Source: a virus
Taxonomy: Duplodnaviria > Caudoviricetes
Length of the DNA stretch: 28,426 nucleotides
Direction: 5' to 3' (one strand)
Virus record (IMG/VR): IMGVR_UViG_3300020422_000002
Span: 1-28,426 of that record
Shown here: positions 7,744 to 16,030 of the stretch, piece after piece
Layout: every line of letters begins with the position of its first letter
Position numbering within the stretch: position 1 is the stretch's first letter
Made by a program: the position numbers and the translations under genes
Notes under the pieces: model-generated
Database searches by the model: none
What the model was told of the DNA's origin: nothing
Seen by the model: only the letters and a program-made list of their open reading frames with translations

Positions 7744-8390
7744 TTTGTAATTTACCTGCGGTGCAGGTCTGGGTTAGAAGAGAATATTTAAGAGATCATG
7801 AAGATGGTCATGGTGAGTTTGTAAAAGGGGTTTGGGTATCAGCTAAGTCATTAGCAGGTAGAGCCTTTTACTTTGAAACTTACTTGCCTGAGTATGGGGC
7901 ATTGTTTGATAAGCTACCAATATCAGCTTTTCTGAGTTCTCCAAAAACTCCAGATCCTGATTTGGATTTACCCAACTTACAGTTTTGGAATTGCATGGAT
8001 TATGGTGTTGTCTGTATTCATAAGCAGTTTATTGGCTCTATGGATTACGAAGTATTCACCAGAAATCATGGTGTAATGAAAGGTTACTATATTGCAACCT
8101 TAGATAACTATCATGACAATTCTGATGAAGTCGACTGGTCTACAAGTGAACAGCCATCGGAGCATAAAAGTCATAATTTAATTGAACTGGAAAATGGTCA
8201 GTATGGCCTGTATCCAAATAATAGAATGAGGGTATACGATAATTCTTTAACACCGCAAGAACCAAAAATGCCAGACTTTAAAGTTTCGACTGAATATTAT
8301 CAGGTTGAAAATGGTAACGATTGGGGTAGACTAGGTGATACTGATGAATATTTCTGGCAAACACCAGAAGAAAAAAAGAAGAAAAAATAA
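7731..8390 (+). CDS. Conserved marine-phage hypothetical protein
   Basis: 219 aa; VWVRREYL, DKLPISAF, QFWNC, EHKSHN and YPNNR motifs familiar from marine phages; function unknown. Confidence 0.8.
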   Translation: MANLICNLPAVQVWVRREYLRDHEDGHGEFVKGVWVSAKSLAGRAFYFETYLPEYGALFDKLPISAFLSSPKTPDPDLDLPNLQFWNCMDYGVVCIHKQFIGSMDYEVFTRNHGVMKGYYIATLDNYHDNSDEVDWSTSEQPSEHKSHNLIELENGQYGLYPNNRMRVYDNSLTPQEPKMPDFKVSTEYYQVENGNDWGRLGDTDEYFWQTPEEKKKKK

Positions 8391-8584
8391 TGTATGCAAT
8401 AAGAGTTTATCGAAAGCCAAGAAAAGATACACCAGTCTTAGAAATGATTTTATGTAAAGGCTGTGTAACTCCAAAGTTATGTCGTAAGTCTGGTCAATGT
8501 GATGTAGAGGGAGAGAAAGCTAATGGCACAAACAAAGAAAAAAAAGAAGTCATCAAAGTCAAAAGCAGTACCAACAAATCCTAG
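8390..8584 (+). CDS. Small Cys-motif protein (CxxC-x5-C-x5-C)
   Basis: CKGCVTPKLCRKSGQC; TAATG coupling to upstream gene. Confidence 0.6.
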   Translation: MYAIRVYRKPRKDTPVLEMILCKGCVTPKLCRKSGQCDVEGEKANGTNKEKKEVIKVKSSTNKS

Positions 8585-8711
8585 TTTGTATGCAAGAATA
8601 AAGGCTAAGACTAAAGCAAAGTTTGATGTTTATCCATCAGCCTATGCAAATGCATATTTAGTGAGAGAATATAAAAAAGCAGGTGGCGGATATAGGACTA
8701 AGAAGGTTTAG
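8523..8711 (+). CDS. Small Lys-rich protein (DUF5872-like N-half)
   Basis: P..LY..IK......F..YPSAYA...LV..YK..GG.Y pattern; GGAG SD. Confidence 0.75.
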   Translation: MAQTKKKKKSSKSKAVPTNPSLYARIKAKTKAKFDVYPSAYANAYLVREYKKAGGGYRTKKV

Positions 8712-8713
8712 TC

Positions 8714-8971
8714 ATGGCAAAACCAAAAGGTGGACTGACGAAGTGGTTCAAAAAAGAAAAATGGGTTGATATATCAGCACCAAAAAAAGGTGGTGGTTTT
8801 GAGAAGTGTGGCAGGAAAAAGGCAAAGGGTAGTAAAAGAGGATATCCAAAATGTGTGCCGACAGCCAAGGCTAAATCAATGACAAAATCACAAATTAAGT
8901 CTGCGGTAGCTAGAAAAAGAGCAAACCCAAAGAAAAAAGTTAAAACAATACTGAAAAGGGGCAAAAAATGA
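8714..8971 (+). CDS. Small Lys-rich protein (DUF5872-like C-half)
   Basis: GGLTKWFKKEKWVD...CGR...YPKCVP pattern. Confidence 0.75.
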   Translation: MAKPKGGLTKWFKKEKWVDISAPKKGGGFEKCGRKKAKGSKRGYPKCVPTAKAKSMTKSQIKSAVARKRANPKKKVKTILKRGKK

Positions 8972-9069
8972 TGAAAAAAAAGAAAAAATCAAATGGTTTG
9001 ACCGCAAAACAGAAAAAATTACCAAAAAAACTGCAATTAGCAATTTTGAAAACTAAAAAGAAGAAGTAA
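8968..9069 (+). CDS. 33-aa Lys-rich peptide
   Basis: Not in ORF track. MMKKKKKSNGLTAKQKKLPKKLQLAILKTKKKK (15 Lys); ATGA overlap; ends 1 nt before the portal ATG. Confidence 0.65.
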   Translation: MMKKKKKSNGLTAKQKKLPKKLQLAILKTKKKK

Positions 9070-9070
9070 A

Positions 9071-11104
9071 ATGCCAAAAATGGATGATAATGAATTAGGA
9101 TCTGTCATTAGGTCTGAAATTCAACAGGCACAAAACTATTTTGAGACAGAATTTGCTGATGCAAGAATGAAAGCCATTGATTATTACCTTGGTGAACCAT
9201 TGGGTAATGAAAGAGATGGATTTAGTTCAGTCGTAAGTCATGATTTTGCAGATGTAGTTGAAACATTAATGCCTTCATTGATGAGGATATTTACATCCTC
9301 GGATAAATACGTCAGATATGCCCCTAGAACCGCAGAGGATGCCCAGAGAGCCGAACAATTAACTGATTATGTTAATTACATCATAAATCAAGATAACGAT
9401 GGCTACAGGGTCATTCATACGTTTATTAAAGATAGTTTGTTATTTAAGCTAGGTGTAATAAAATTTGGTTGGGATGAAAGCTATGAGGTTGAAGAGGCTG
9501 AATATAATGACATTACCGATGAAGAATTAGTTACCTTACTGGCAAACCCAGATATTGAGGTTGTATCTCAAAAAGAAAACACACAGACAATTATAGCTAA
9601 TGATGGTGAAGAGACCGAAGTCACAGCTAGTTATAATATGAAAGTGAGAATCAGAAAAAAGTCAGGAAGGGTAAAGTTAGAAAACGTACCACCAGAAGAA
9701 TTTATTTTTAACAAGAATGCAAAAAGTTTAGAGGACTGTTACTTCATATGTCATAGAACTCAAATGACTGTATCTGAGTTAGTAAGCATGGGATACGATC
9801 AGGAGTTGGTAGAGCAATATGCAGGGGATGTATATGGCGGTCAAGAAAGAGAAGAAAAGCAAAGAAGGTTTGAAGACATTGAGGGCGGTACTTACAGAGA
9901 TCCAGAAGATGACAGCCAGAAGGATGTAATTGTAAACCAGATAACAATGAAAGTTGATTTTGATGGTGATGGAATTGCAGAACTAAGACAGATACTAGCT
10001 ATCGGTGATAGTGGTGACGTAATACTTGAGAATGACGTATGTGACTACATTCCATTTGCTGTAGTATCTCCAATACTTATGCCTCATCGATTGGTTGGCC
10101 GATCTATATTTGATGCGACCGAAGACTTGCAGACAATTAAAACCACTTTAATGAGACAATATCTGGATAGTACCTATCACTCAGTATTACCAAGATTGAT
10201 AGTTCAAGAAGGCCAGACAAATCTGGATGACGTACTTGATGGCACAGCAGGTGGTATTATCAGGGTTAGAAATGCAGGTGCTGTACAGCCTCTACAGGCA
10301 CAGGGTGTAGGTAGAGAAATACAGCCATTGATGCAGTATCTTGATGAAGTAAAAGCCGACAGGACTGGTGTATCAAGACAAACACAGGGTTTAGATCCAT
10401 CTGTGTTGCAGTCAACTACAGCTTCTGCTGTACAGGCTACAGTAAAGGGATCTCAACAAAAAGTTGAAAGTTATGCCAGAACAATTGCCGAGACAGGCAT
10501 GAAAGACTTGTTCAGAGGCATACTTCACATAATTACAAATTATCAACAACAGCCAAGAATTGTCAGACTTAGAAATAAGTTTGTGCCTGTTGATCCGCAA
10601 GAAGGTTCAAGCGGTTTTGATATAATTGTAAATGTAGGGTTAGGAACAGCTAATGATGAACAAAAAGTCTCTATTCTCCAAGGCATTGCAAGTAAGCAAG
10701 AAGTTATTCTGCAAACTCTGGGAGTTGATAATCCGATTTGTAACTTGGCTCAGTATGCTAATACGCTTCGACAAATGGTGGATGTTCTTGGTTTCAAAGA
10801 TGCCGACCAGTTTTTCAAACCGCCACAAGTCGTACAAGCAGAAATTGCCCAAAGACAGCAAGGCCAACAACAACCAAATCCAGAAATCGAAAAAATCCAA
10901 GCGGAAATCGAAGCCGAAAAAATCAAACTCGAATCCAAAATAGAACTGGATAGATTAAAGTTACAGGCAGAGATAGAGTTGAAGAAAGAAAAGGCTATGG
11001 CTGAACTTGATATAAGAAGACAGGAGATGGCTCTTGAAGCAGAACTCAGAGTTGCAAAAGCAGTCACAGACAGCGACATCTCAACAAATTTACCAAGAAA
11101 CTAG
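9071..11104 (+). CDS. Portal protein (P22-like, with C-terminal coiled-coil barrel)
   Basis: 677 aa; S.VVS.D....VE...PSL.RIF, VPPEEF and DFDGDGIAE motifs; Gln/Glu-rich helical C-terminus. Confidence 0.92.
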   Translation: MPKMDDNELGSVIRSEIQQAQNYFETEFADARMKAIDYYLGEPLGNERDGFSSVVSHDFADVVETLMPSLMRIFTSSDKYVRYAPRTAEDAQRAEQLTDYVNYIINQDNDGYRVIHTFIKDSLLFKLGVIKFGWDESYEVEEAEYNDITDEELVTLLANPDIEVVSQKENTQTIIANDGEETEVTASYNMKVRIRKKSGRVKLENVPPEEFIFNKNAKSLEDCYFICHRTQMTVSELVSMGYDQELVEQYAGDVYGGQEREEKQRRFEDIEGGTYRDPEDDSQKDVIVNQITMKVDFDGDGIAELRQILAIGDSGDVILENDVCDYIPFAVVSPILMPHRLVGRSIFDATEDLQTIKTTLMRQYLDSTYHSVLPRLIVQEGQTNLDDVLDGTAGGIIRVRNAGAVQPLQAQGVGREIQPLMQYLDEVKADRTGVSRQTQGLDPSVLQSTTASAVQATVKGSQQKVESYARTIAETGMKDLFRGILHIITNYQQQPRIVRLRNKFVPVDPQEGSSGFDIIVNVGLGTANDEQKVSILQGIASKQEVILQTLGVDNPICNLAQYANTLRQMVDVLGFKDADQFFKPPQVVQAEIAQRQQGQQQPNPEIEKIQAEIEAEKIKLESKIELDRLKLQAEIELKKEKAMAELDIRRQEMALEAELRVAKAVTDSDISTNLPRN

Positions 11105-11495
11105 AAACCATTTTGGTGACGTATTAAGTCTATTAGTAGCTTCCCAATTCCATCATCATTGGAAGCTACACCAAGTCAAGAGGGTGTTTAATCCTCCACT
11201 ATATCATGGACAGTTCAGAATTTGGTATAGTAACTCTCATCCTCTTGGCTTTTGTTGTTGGGCATGGGTAAGCGATAAAATTTTAGATCAGTTGCTGACA
11301 GGTCAATATAAGATACAGCCAGATGATTGGAAGTCAGGTAATAATTTATGGTTGGCCGAGTTTGTTGCACCATATGGACAAACTGGATATATGGTCAGAA
11401 ACATGAGACATTTTATTAAAAAAACATATGGCAAAGATATAAAAGGATTTTGGTATAGGTCAGCAAAGAAGAAAGTTGGCTATGCAAAAAGTTAG
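11034..11495 (+). CDS. RTX toxin-activating lysine acyltransferase (HlyC/CyaC, TAAT family)
   Basis: G.VL.L...SQFH..W, PPL..GQF, P.GFCCWA.VS, DW.SG..LW...FVAPYG and terminal R reproduce the HlyC layout; TTG start with AGGAG SD inside the portal 3' end. Confidence 0.88.
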   Translation: MKQNSELQKQSQTATSQQIYQETRNHFGDVLSLLVASQFHHHWKLHQVKRVFNPPLYHGQFRIWYSNSHPLGFCCWAWVSDKILDQLLTGQYKIQPDDWKSGNNLWLAEFVAPYGQTGYMVRNMRHFIKKTYGKDIKGFWYRSAKKKVGYAKS

Positions 11496-11503
11496 GAGAC
11501 ACA

Positions 11504-12343
11504 ATGGGTGAAAGTGTAGACGATTCAGATTATTCAGATGAAACCATAGAGGCACAAGGAAGAGGTGTAGATACTTCTAAATCTTTAGGTTTTGCTAGTA
11601 AAGAAATTGAAGACAAATATATTGAAGATCAAAATAAAATGTTAGCTTCTAAATTTGTCAAATCTAATTTACCAGACGTATTAGACAGGCAAGATTTTGC
11701 AAGAGAACAAGATTTTATTGATGCTAATCCTACATTTACTGGTATTGATACACCATTTACAACAAGAAGTGCAGATTTAGATCCTCAACTTGGAGCAGGG
11801 GATATATTTGGTTTAAGGGATAGTGTTCGTAAACAATTATCTTTAGGCGGTGATGCTGTAGTAAATAATGGTCGTATTGTAGGTGTAATGGGTGATATGA
11901 GAAATGCACCTGCTTTTGGAATGCTACCAAATTTTATACAAAATTTATTACCTGACAATAAAGTTTATACTGGCATAGCTGAATTTGATCCAAACAGATT
12001 TACCCCAGATGATGACAATACTAGTAATGAAACTACACCGCCTGTCATGAACCAGATAACAGGCAAAAGCCAATGCCCTGAAGGATATGTATTTGATAAT
12101 CAATTACAGGCCTGTAGGCTCAAGACAAGATCTGATGATCAGCTAGGAACACCAAAAGATCCACCAGATGGTGGTCAAATGTTCGCAAGAAATTATTCAT
12201 TATTAAATCAAACACCTATGAATGTACCGCAGGGGTTTGACTATAATGCTATGAACACAAATTTTATGAATAGGTTTGGCACGAGGCCATCTATTTTTAA
12301 AAGACCGCCTAACTTACTAGGCTTCACACCATTTGGAGGATAA
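11504..12343 (+). CDS. Hypothetical, probable internal virion protein
   Basis: Strong AGGAGA SD; low-complexity, with CPEGYVFDNQLQAC motif. Confidence 0.75.
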   Translation: MGESVDDSDYSDETIEAQGRGVDTSKSLGFASKEIEDKYIEDQNKMLASKFVKSNLPDVLDRQDFAREQDFIDANPTFTGIDTPFTTRSADLDPQLGAGDIFGLRDSVRKQLSLGGDAVVNNGRIVGVMGDMRNAPAFGMLPNFIQNLLPDNKVYTGIAEFDPNRFTPDDDNTSNETTPPVMNQITGKSQCPEGYVFDNQLQACRLKTRSDDQLGTPKDPPDGGQMFARNYSLLNQTPMNVPQGFDYNAMNTNFMNRFGTRPSIFKRPPNLLGFTPFGG

Positions 12344-12345
12344 TA

Positions 12346-12630
12346 GTGGCAAGAGATGGAAAACTTAGAGAAGAAATAGAAAAGGGCAAACAGGTTGATG
12401 CCCTGACAAAAAATCCAATGTTTAATGAGGTATTTGAAAACTTGGAAGAAGAATTTTTGACCGCATGGAAAATGTCAAAGATGCAAGATAATGAAGAAAG
12501 GGAGAGAATTTATTATCTTTATCAATCTTTGTTGGCCTTAAAAAATGCATTTGCAAATTTAAGTGCCAATGGAAGGTTGGCTCAAAGTCAGCTAGATGAA
12601 CTGGTTGGCAGAAAAAATATATATAATTAG
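12346..12630 (+). CDS. Conserved small protein between portal and scaffold
   Basis: GTG start with GGAGG SD; L..NP.F...F..L......W......EERE pattern; synteny. Confidence 0.75.
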   Translation: MARDGKLREEIEKGKQVDALTKNPMFNEVFENLEEEFLTAWKMSKMQDNEERERIYYLYQSLLALKNAFANLSANGRLAQSQLDELVGRKNIYN

Positions 12631-12638
12631 GGGTAATT

Positions 12639-13631
12639 ATGGAAAAACAGAATGAAAATTTAGACGTAAAGTCAGCAGTAGATTTACTATTACCATTGGA
12701 AGCCGAGGAAAAGGTAAATCCAGAAAGTGGTGTAGCCGAGCCAGAAGAGGCTCAAGTGTCAGAAGCCGAAGAGCAAGAGGAAGCCATTCAGGAAACTGAA
12801 GAGGTAGAAACCGATGAAAGTGATGAAGTAGAAGACACAACTTCTCAGGAAGATGAAGTAGAGGAAGTCGAGGAAGAGACCCCAGAACTCTACACTATCA
12901 AAGTTGATGGTGAAGAGGAACAGGTAACCTTGGATCAGGCTTTATCTGGTCATATGAGGGAGAAGAAATTTCATCGAGAACTTAACAAACTCAGTAATGA
13001 ACGTAAGTCGTTTGAGGCTGAAAAAGCTGAAACGAAGCAATTGCAGGGTAGGTATAAGCAAGGGTTGGCGGAACTTGAAAAAAGTTTACAAGTCCAAGAG
13101 CCTGATTGGGATGAACTGCGAAAAACCAGAACTCAGGAAGAATTTAATGCAATCTATACTGATTGGTCAATTAGACAGGATCAGAGGAAAAAAGTTCAGG
13201 CTGAGTTAGACCAAGTCAAGAAACGAGAGCAAGAAGAAAATGTGATCAAGTTTCAACAGCATATGAAAAACGAATTTGATAATATGTTGGACAAAATTCC
13301 AGAATGGAAAAATGAAAAGGTCATGGCGGATGAAAGAAAAGAAGTCGTTGCATATGCTAAATCTGCAATGGGTTATACTGATGATGAAATAGCTAATGCT
13401 GTTGATCACAGGGCAATTGTTGCATTAAGGAAAGCTATGAAGTACGATAATCTTATGAAAAAAAAACCAAACTTAGTGAAGAAAGTAAAGAAAGCACCAA
13501 GGATGGTAAAAGCAGGAACTCCTAAAACTAAAAATGAAATTGTAGCTAATCAAAATAAAAAGGTTAGAGACAGGTTCTTAGCAAACAGCAGTATCGATAA
13601 TGCTGTTGAGTTGCTACTTAATAAAAAATAG
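12639..13631 (+). CDS. Capsid scaffolding protein
   Basis: Acidic N-terminus, YTIKVDGEEEQVTL, coiled coil, DHRAI..LRKA..YD; directly upstream of capsid gene. Confidence 0.88.
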   Translation: MEKQNENLDVKSAVDLLLPLEAEEKVNPESGVAEPEEAQVSEAEEQEEAIQETEEVETDESDEVEDTTSQEDEVEEVEEETPELYTIKVDGEEEQVTLDQALSGHMREKKFHRELNKLSNERKSFEAEKAETKQLQGRYKQGLAELEKSLQVQEPDWDELRKTRTQEEFNAIYTDWSIRQDQRKKVQAELDQVKKREQEENVIKFQQHMKNEFDNMLDKIPEWKNEKVMADERKEVVAYAKSAMGYTDDEIANAVDHRAIVALRKAMKYDNLMKKKPNLVKKVKKAPRMVKAGTPKTKNEIVANQNKKVRDRFLANSSIDNAVELLLNKK

Positions 13632-13651
13632 CCAAATAAGGAGAAGTTAAA

Positions 13652-14605
13652 ATGGCACAATTTACCACAGCTAATGCGGTAGGTGAAAGAGAAGATCTCT
13701 CCGATATTATTTATCGGCTTGACACTACAGAGACACCTTTTTTCTCTACAGCAAAGAAGACTACTGTAAAATCAACACTAACTGAATGGCAAGTTCAGGA
13801 GTTGGCTACAGCAGATCAAAATTCAGTCAACGAGGGTGCTGACGCGAGTTTCGCCACACCTACACCGACTGTAAGATTAACTAACAATACTCAAATCTCA
13901 GTCAAAGACTTCCAGATCTCTGGAACATTAGAGGCTGTTGATAAGGCAGGTAGAGACAGAGAAACCGCTTATCAGAAAGTCCTAAAAGGTCTTGAGTTAA
14001 GAAGAGATGTTGAGAAGATTGTTACTGATCTTAACGTAGCAAAGTCTGGATCAGATCCTAGAAAATCAGCTACATTTGTAACATTTATTACAAATGGTGA
14101 TGCTTCACCATCAGACATTTCTTTTGGAACTGGAGATGGAGCAAACAGTTGTGATTTAACTGGAACTGAACAACCGCTTACTTTAGCGAAGATTGACAAT
14201 GCTATGCAACAGGCATGGGATTCTGGGGGTAACCCAAGAATGTTACTTTGTTCTTCAACAAACAAAGCCAACATCTCAGACTTATCACAGGCAGGTACAA
14301 ATCTTGTAACAAACCAAGTTAATACATCAGCAAATACTGCTCCATCATTTATTGGTGCGGTAAGTGTTATGATGAATGACTTTGGTACACTAGACCTTAC
14401 AATGAGTAGGTTTATGTCAAACGATAAGCTTCATATTATTGATCCTGATCATATTATGATTGGTAATCTTGATGGAAGAAATTTCATTGAGACAGAGTTA
14501 GCCAAAACTGGTGATAGCTTTAAGCACCAAATTATATATGAGTGGACATATATGCCGACAGCACCGAAGGCTCATGCCTCTGTGATCGGTCTTAATGGAT
14601 CATAA
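13652..14605 (+). CDS. Major capsid protein (DUF5309/SU10-like)
   Basis: REDLSD.I......ETPF, EWQ...L, N.TQI, EL.RD.E and LAKTGD motifs; AAGGAG SD. Confidence 0.92.
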   Translation: MAQFTTANAVGEREDLSDIIYRLDTTETPFFSTAKKTTVKSTLTEWQVQELATADQNSVNEGADASFATPTPTVRLTNNTQISVKDFQISGTLEAVDKAGRDRETAYQKVLKGLELRRDVEKIVTDLNVAKSGSDPRKSATFVTFITNGDASPSDISFGTGDGANSCDLTGTEQPLTLAKIDNAMQQAWDSGGNPRMLLCSSTNKANISDLSQAGTNLVTNQVNTSANTAPSFIGAVSVMMNDFGTLDLTMSRFMSNDKLHIIDPDHIMIGNLDGRNFIETELAKTGDSFKHQIIYEWTYMPTAPKAHASVIGLNGS

Positions 14606-14615
14606 TAATCATAAC

Positions 14616-14642
14616 TGGGGAGGTTTCGGCCTCCCTATTATA
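14616..14642 (+). terminator. Stem-loop / leaky terminator after the capsid gene
   Basis: GGGAGGT-TTCG-GCCTCCC hairpin with a weak TATTAT tail. Confidence 0.65.
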
Positions 14643-14650
14643 AGGTCAGT

Positions 14651-14983
14651 ATGAAAAGATTAATTGAAAAAAACCCTTACTCACAAAAAGAAATCTGGAT
14701 GCATGACAACCCAGATGGGGGTTACACTATTGAAGAAAAACAACATATTAAGTCAGTTCTTGAGGCCAACAAAATCAGGCAAAATGAATTTAGAAAAAAC
14801 AGTTTGATTGGCAATACTCAGAGGCATTGGCAACAGGTGGCAGAAATACCTTCACTTGTTTACATGGATTTGATGAAAAAGTTTGGTGATCCAAAAAAAG
14901 ATCCAGATGCTCAGAAAAAATGGAAGAAGTGGCTCAATGATATTGATAATAGATATTTTAGAACAAATGGCGGTAAAGTATGA
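14651..14983 (+). CDS. Conserved hypothetical protein after the capsid gene
   Basis: VAEIP and KKWLND.DN..FRT motifs; synteny. Confidence 0.8.
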   Translation: MKRLIEKNPYSQKEIWMHDNPDGGYTIEEKQHIKSVLEANKIRQNEFRKNSLIGNTQRHWQQVAEIPSLVYMDLMKKFGDPKKDPDAQKKWKKWLNDIDNRYFRTNGGKV

Positions 14984-15621
14984 GTATATCAACTTACAGC
15001 GAGTTAAAGACAGCAGTTGCTAATTTTTTAGCTAGAACTGATTTGACCGATCAAATACCAAATTTTATTCAACTTGCAGAGGCTAGACTTTCAAGGGAAC
15101 TGGAGAGCAGGGATCAAGAAAAAAGAGCCAATGCAACTTTGACTATTGGTGATGAGTATATTGCCCTGCCAACAGATTTAAGGGAAGTCAGGGAAGTAAA
15201 ATTAAATACTTCACCAAACAGGGTTTTAGATTACAAAAGTCCAATTCAATTAGATAAAGACTTTCCATCTGCCTCTACAGGAAAGCCATTAGCTTATTCT
15301 ATTGTTGGTGCTGAAATGAAATTAAGACCGATACCAGACAGCACATATACAGCAGAAATTATTTACATAGGCGGACTTACAGCTTTGTCAGACACAAATG
15401 CTGTAAACCAACTATTAACAAGACACCCTGATGCTTATTTGTCAGGTGCATTGGTCGAGGCCTACACTTATCTTATGGATGAGCAAAGAGCCTCTACTTA
15501 TGATGCTAAATTCTCCAGAGCCATAGAGGAGATAAGGAAGGATGAACAGCGAAGTCATTATGGCACAGGTTCGTTGTTTGTTTCTTCTGTTTATGCAAGA
15601 CAATCATCATCAGCAAGTTAG
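14980..15621 (+). CDS. Head-tail adaptor (tail tubular A-like)
   Basis: TYSELK.AVA..L.R.DL...IP.FI.LAE, LP.D and HPD.YL.G.L.EA motifs. Confidence 0.8.
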   Translation: MSISTYSELKTAVANFLARTDLTDQIPNFIQLAEARLSRELESRDQEKRANATLTIGDEYIALPTDLREVREVKLNTSPNRVLDYKSPIQLDKDFPSASTGKPLAYSIVGAEMKLRPIPDSTYTAEIIYIGGLTALSDTNAVNQLLTRHPDAYLSGALVEAYTYLMDEQRASTYDAKFSRAIEEIRKDEQRSHYGTGSLFVSSVYARQSSSAS

Positions 15622-15631
15622 GAGATAAATT

Positions 15632-16018
15632 ATGTCAGCAATGAGTGATTATTTAGAACTAAAGTTTCTAGACCATTTTACAGGCACAGCATCAACATCT
15701 GCCCCATCAGCAGTATATATTGGGTTATCTACTGCTAGTTTAGCAGATGATAATTCTGGTACTGAATTGACTGGAAACAATTATGCAAGAAAAGCTATTA
15801 CCTTTGGTTCAGCATCAAGTGGATCTATTACAAACAACAATAATGTAGAATTTAATAGTGCTACAGGAAATTGGGGTGTGGTGTCCCACTTTGGAATCTT
15901 TGATGCCTCTTCATCAGGTAACTTATTGTTTCATGGTGCATTTACAGCATCAAAAACAATTCAAACTGGAGATATTTTAAAAGTAGCTAGTGGATCTTTA
16001 ACTATTACAGCTACCTAA
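15632..16018 (+). CDS. Small virion structural protein
   Basis: MS.YLE...L, Y.R..I.F, F..ATG.WG...HFG.FDA...GN.L pattern. Confidence 0.75.
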   Translation: MSAMSDYLELKFLDHFTGTASTSAPSAVYIGLSTASLADDNSGTELTGNNYARKAITFGSASSGSITNNNNVEFNSATGNWGVVSHFGIFDASSSGNLLFHGAFTASKTIQTGDILKVASGSLTITAT

Positions 16019-16030
16019 TAGGAGTTTAAC

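Noticed and set aside
9950-9985. DFDGDG in the portal as an RTX repeat or HlyC substrate signature
   Set aside because: Single motif typical of this portal family; not GGxGxDxUx nonapeptide repeats
14595-14612. Capsid stop readthrough or frameshift extension
   Set aside because: Tandem TAA TAA stops and no slippery site
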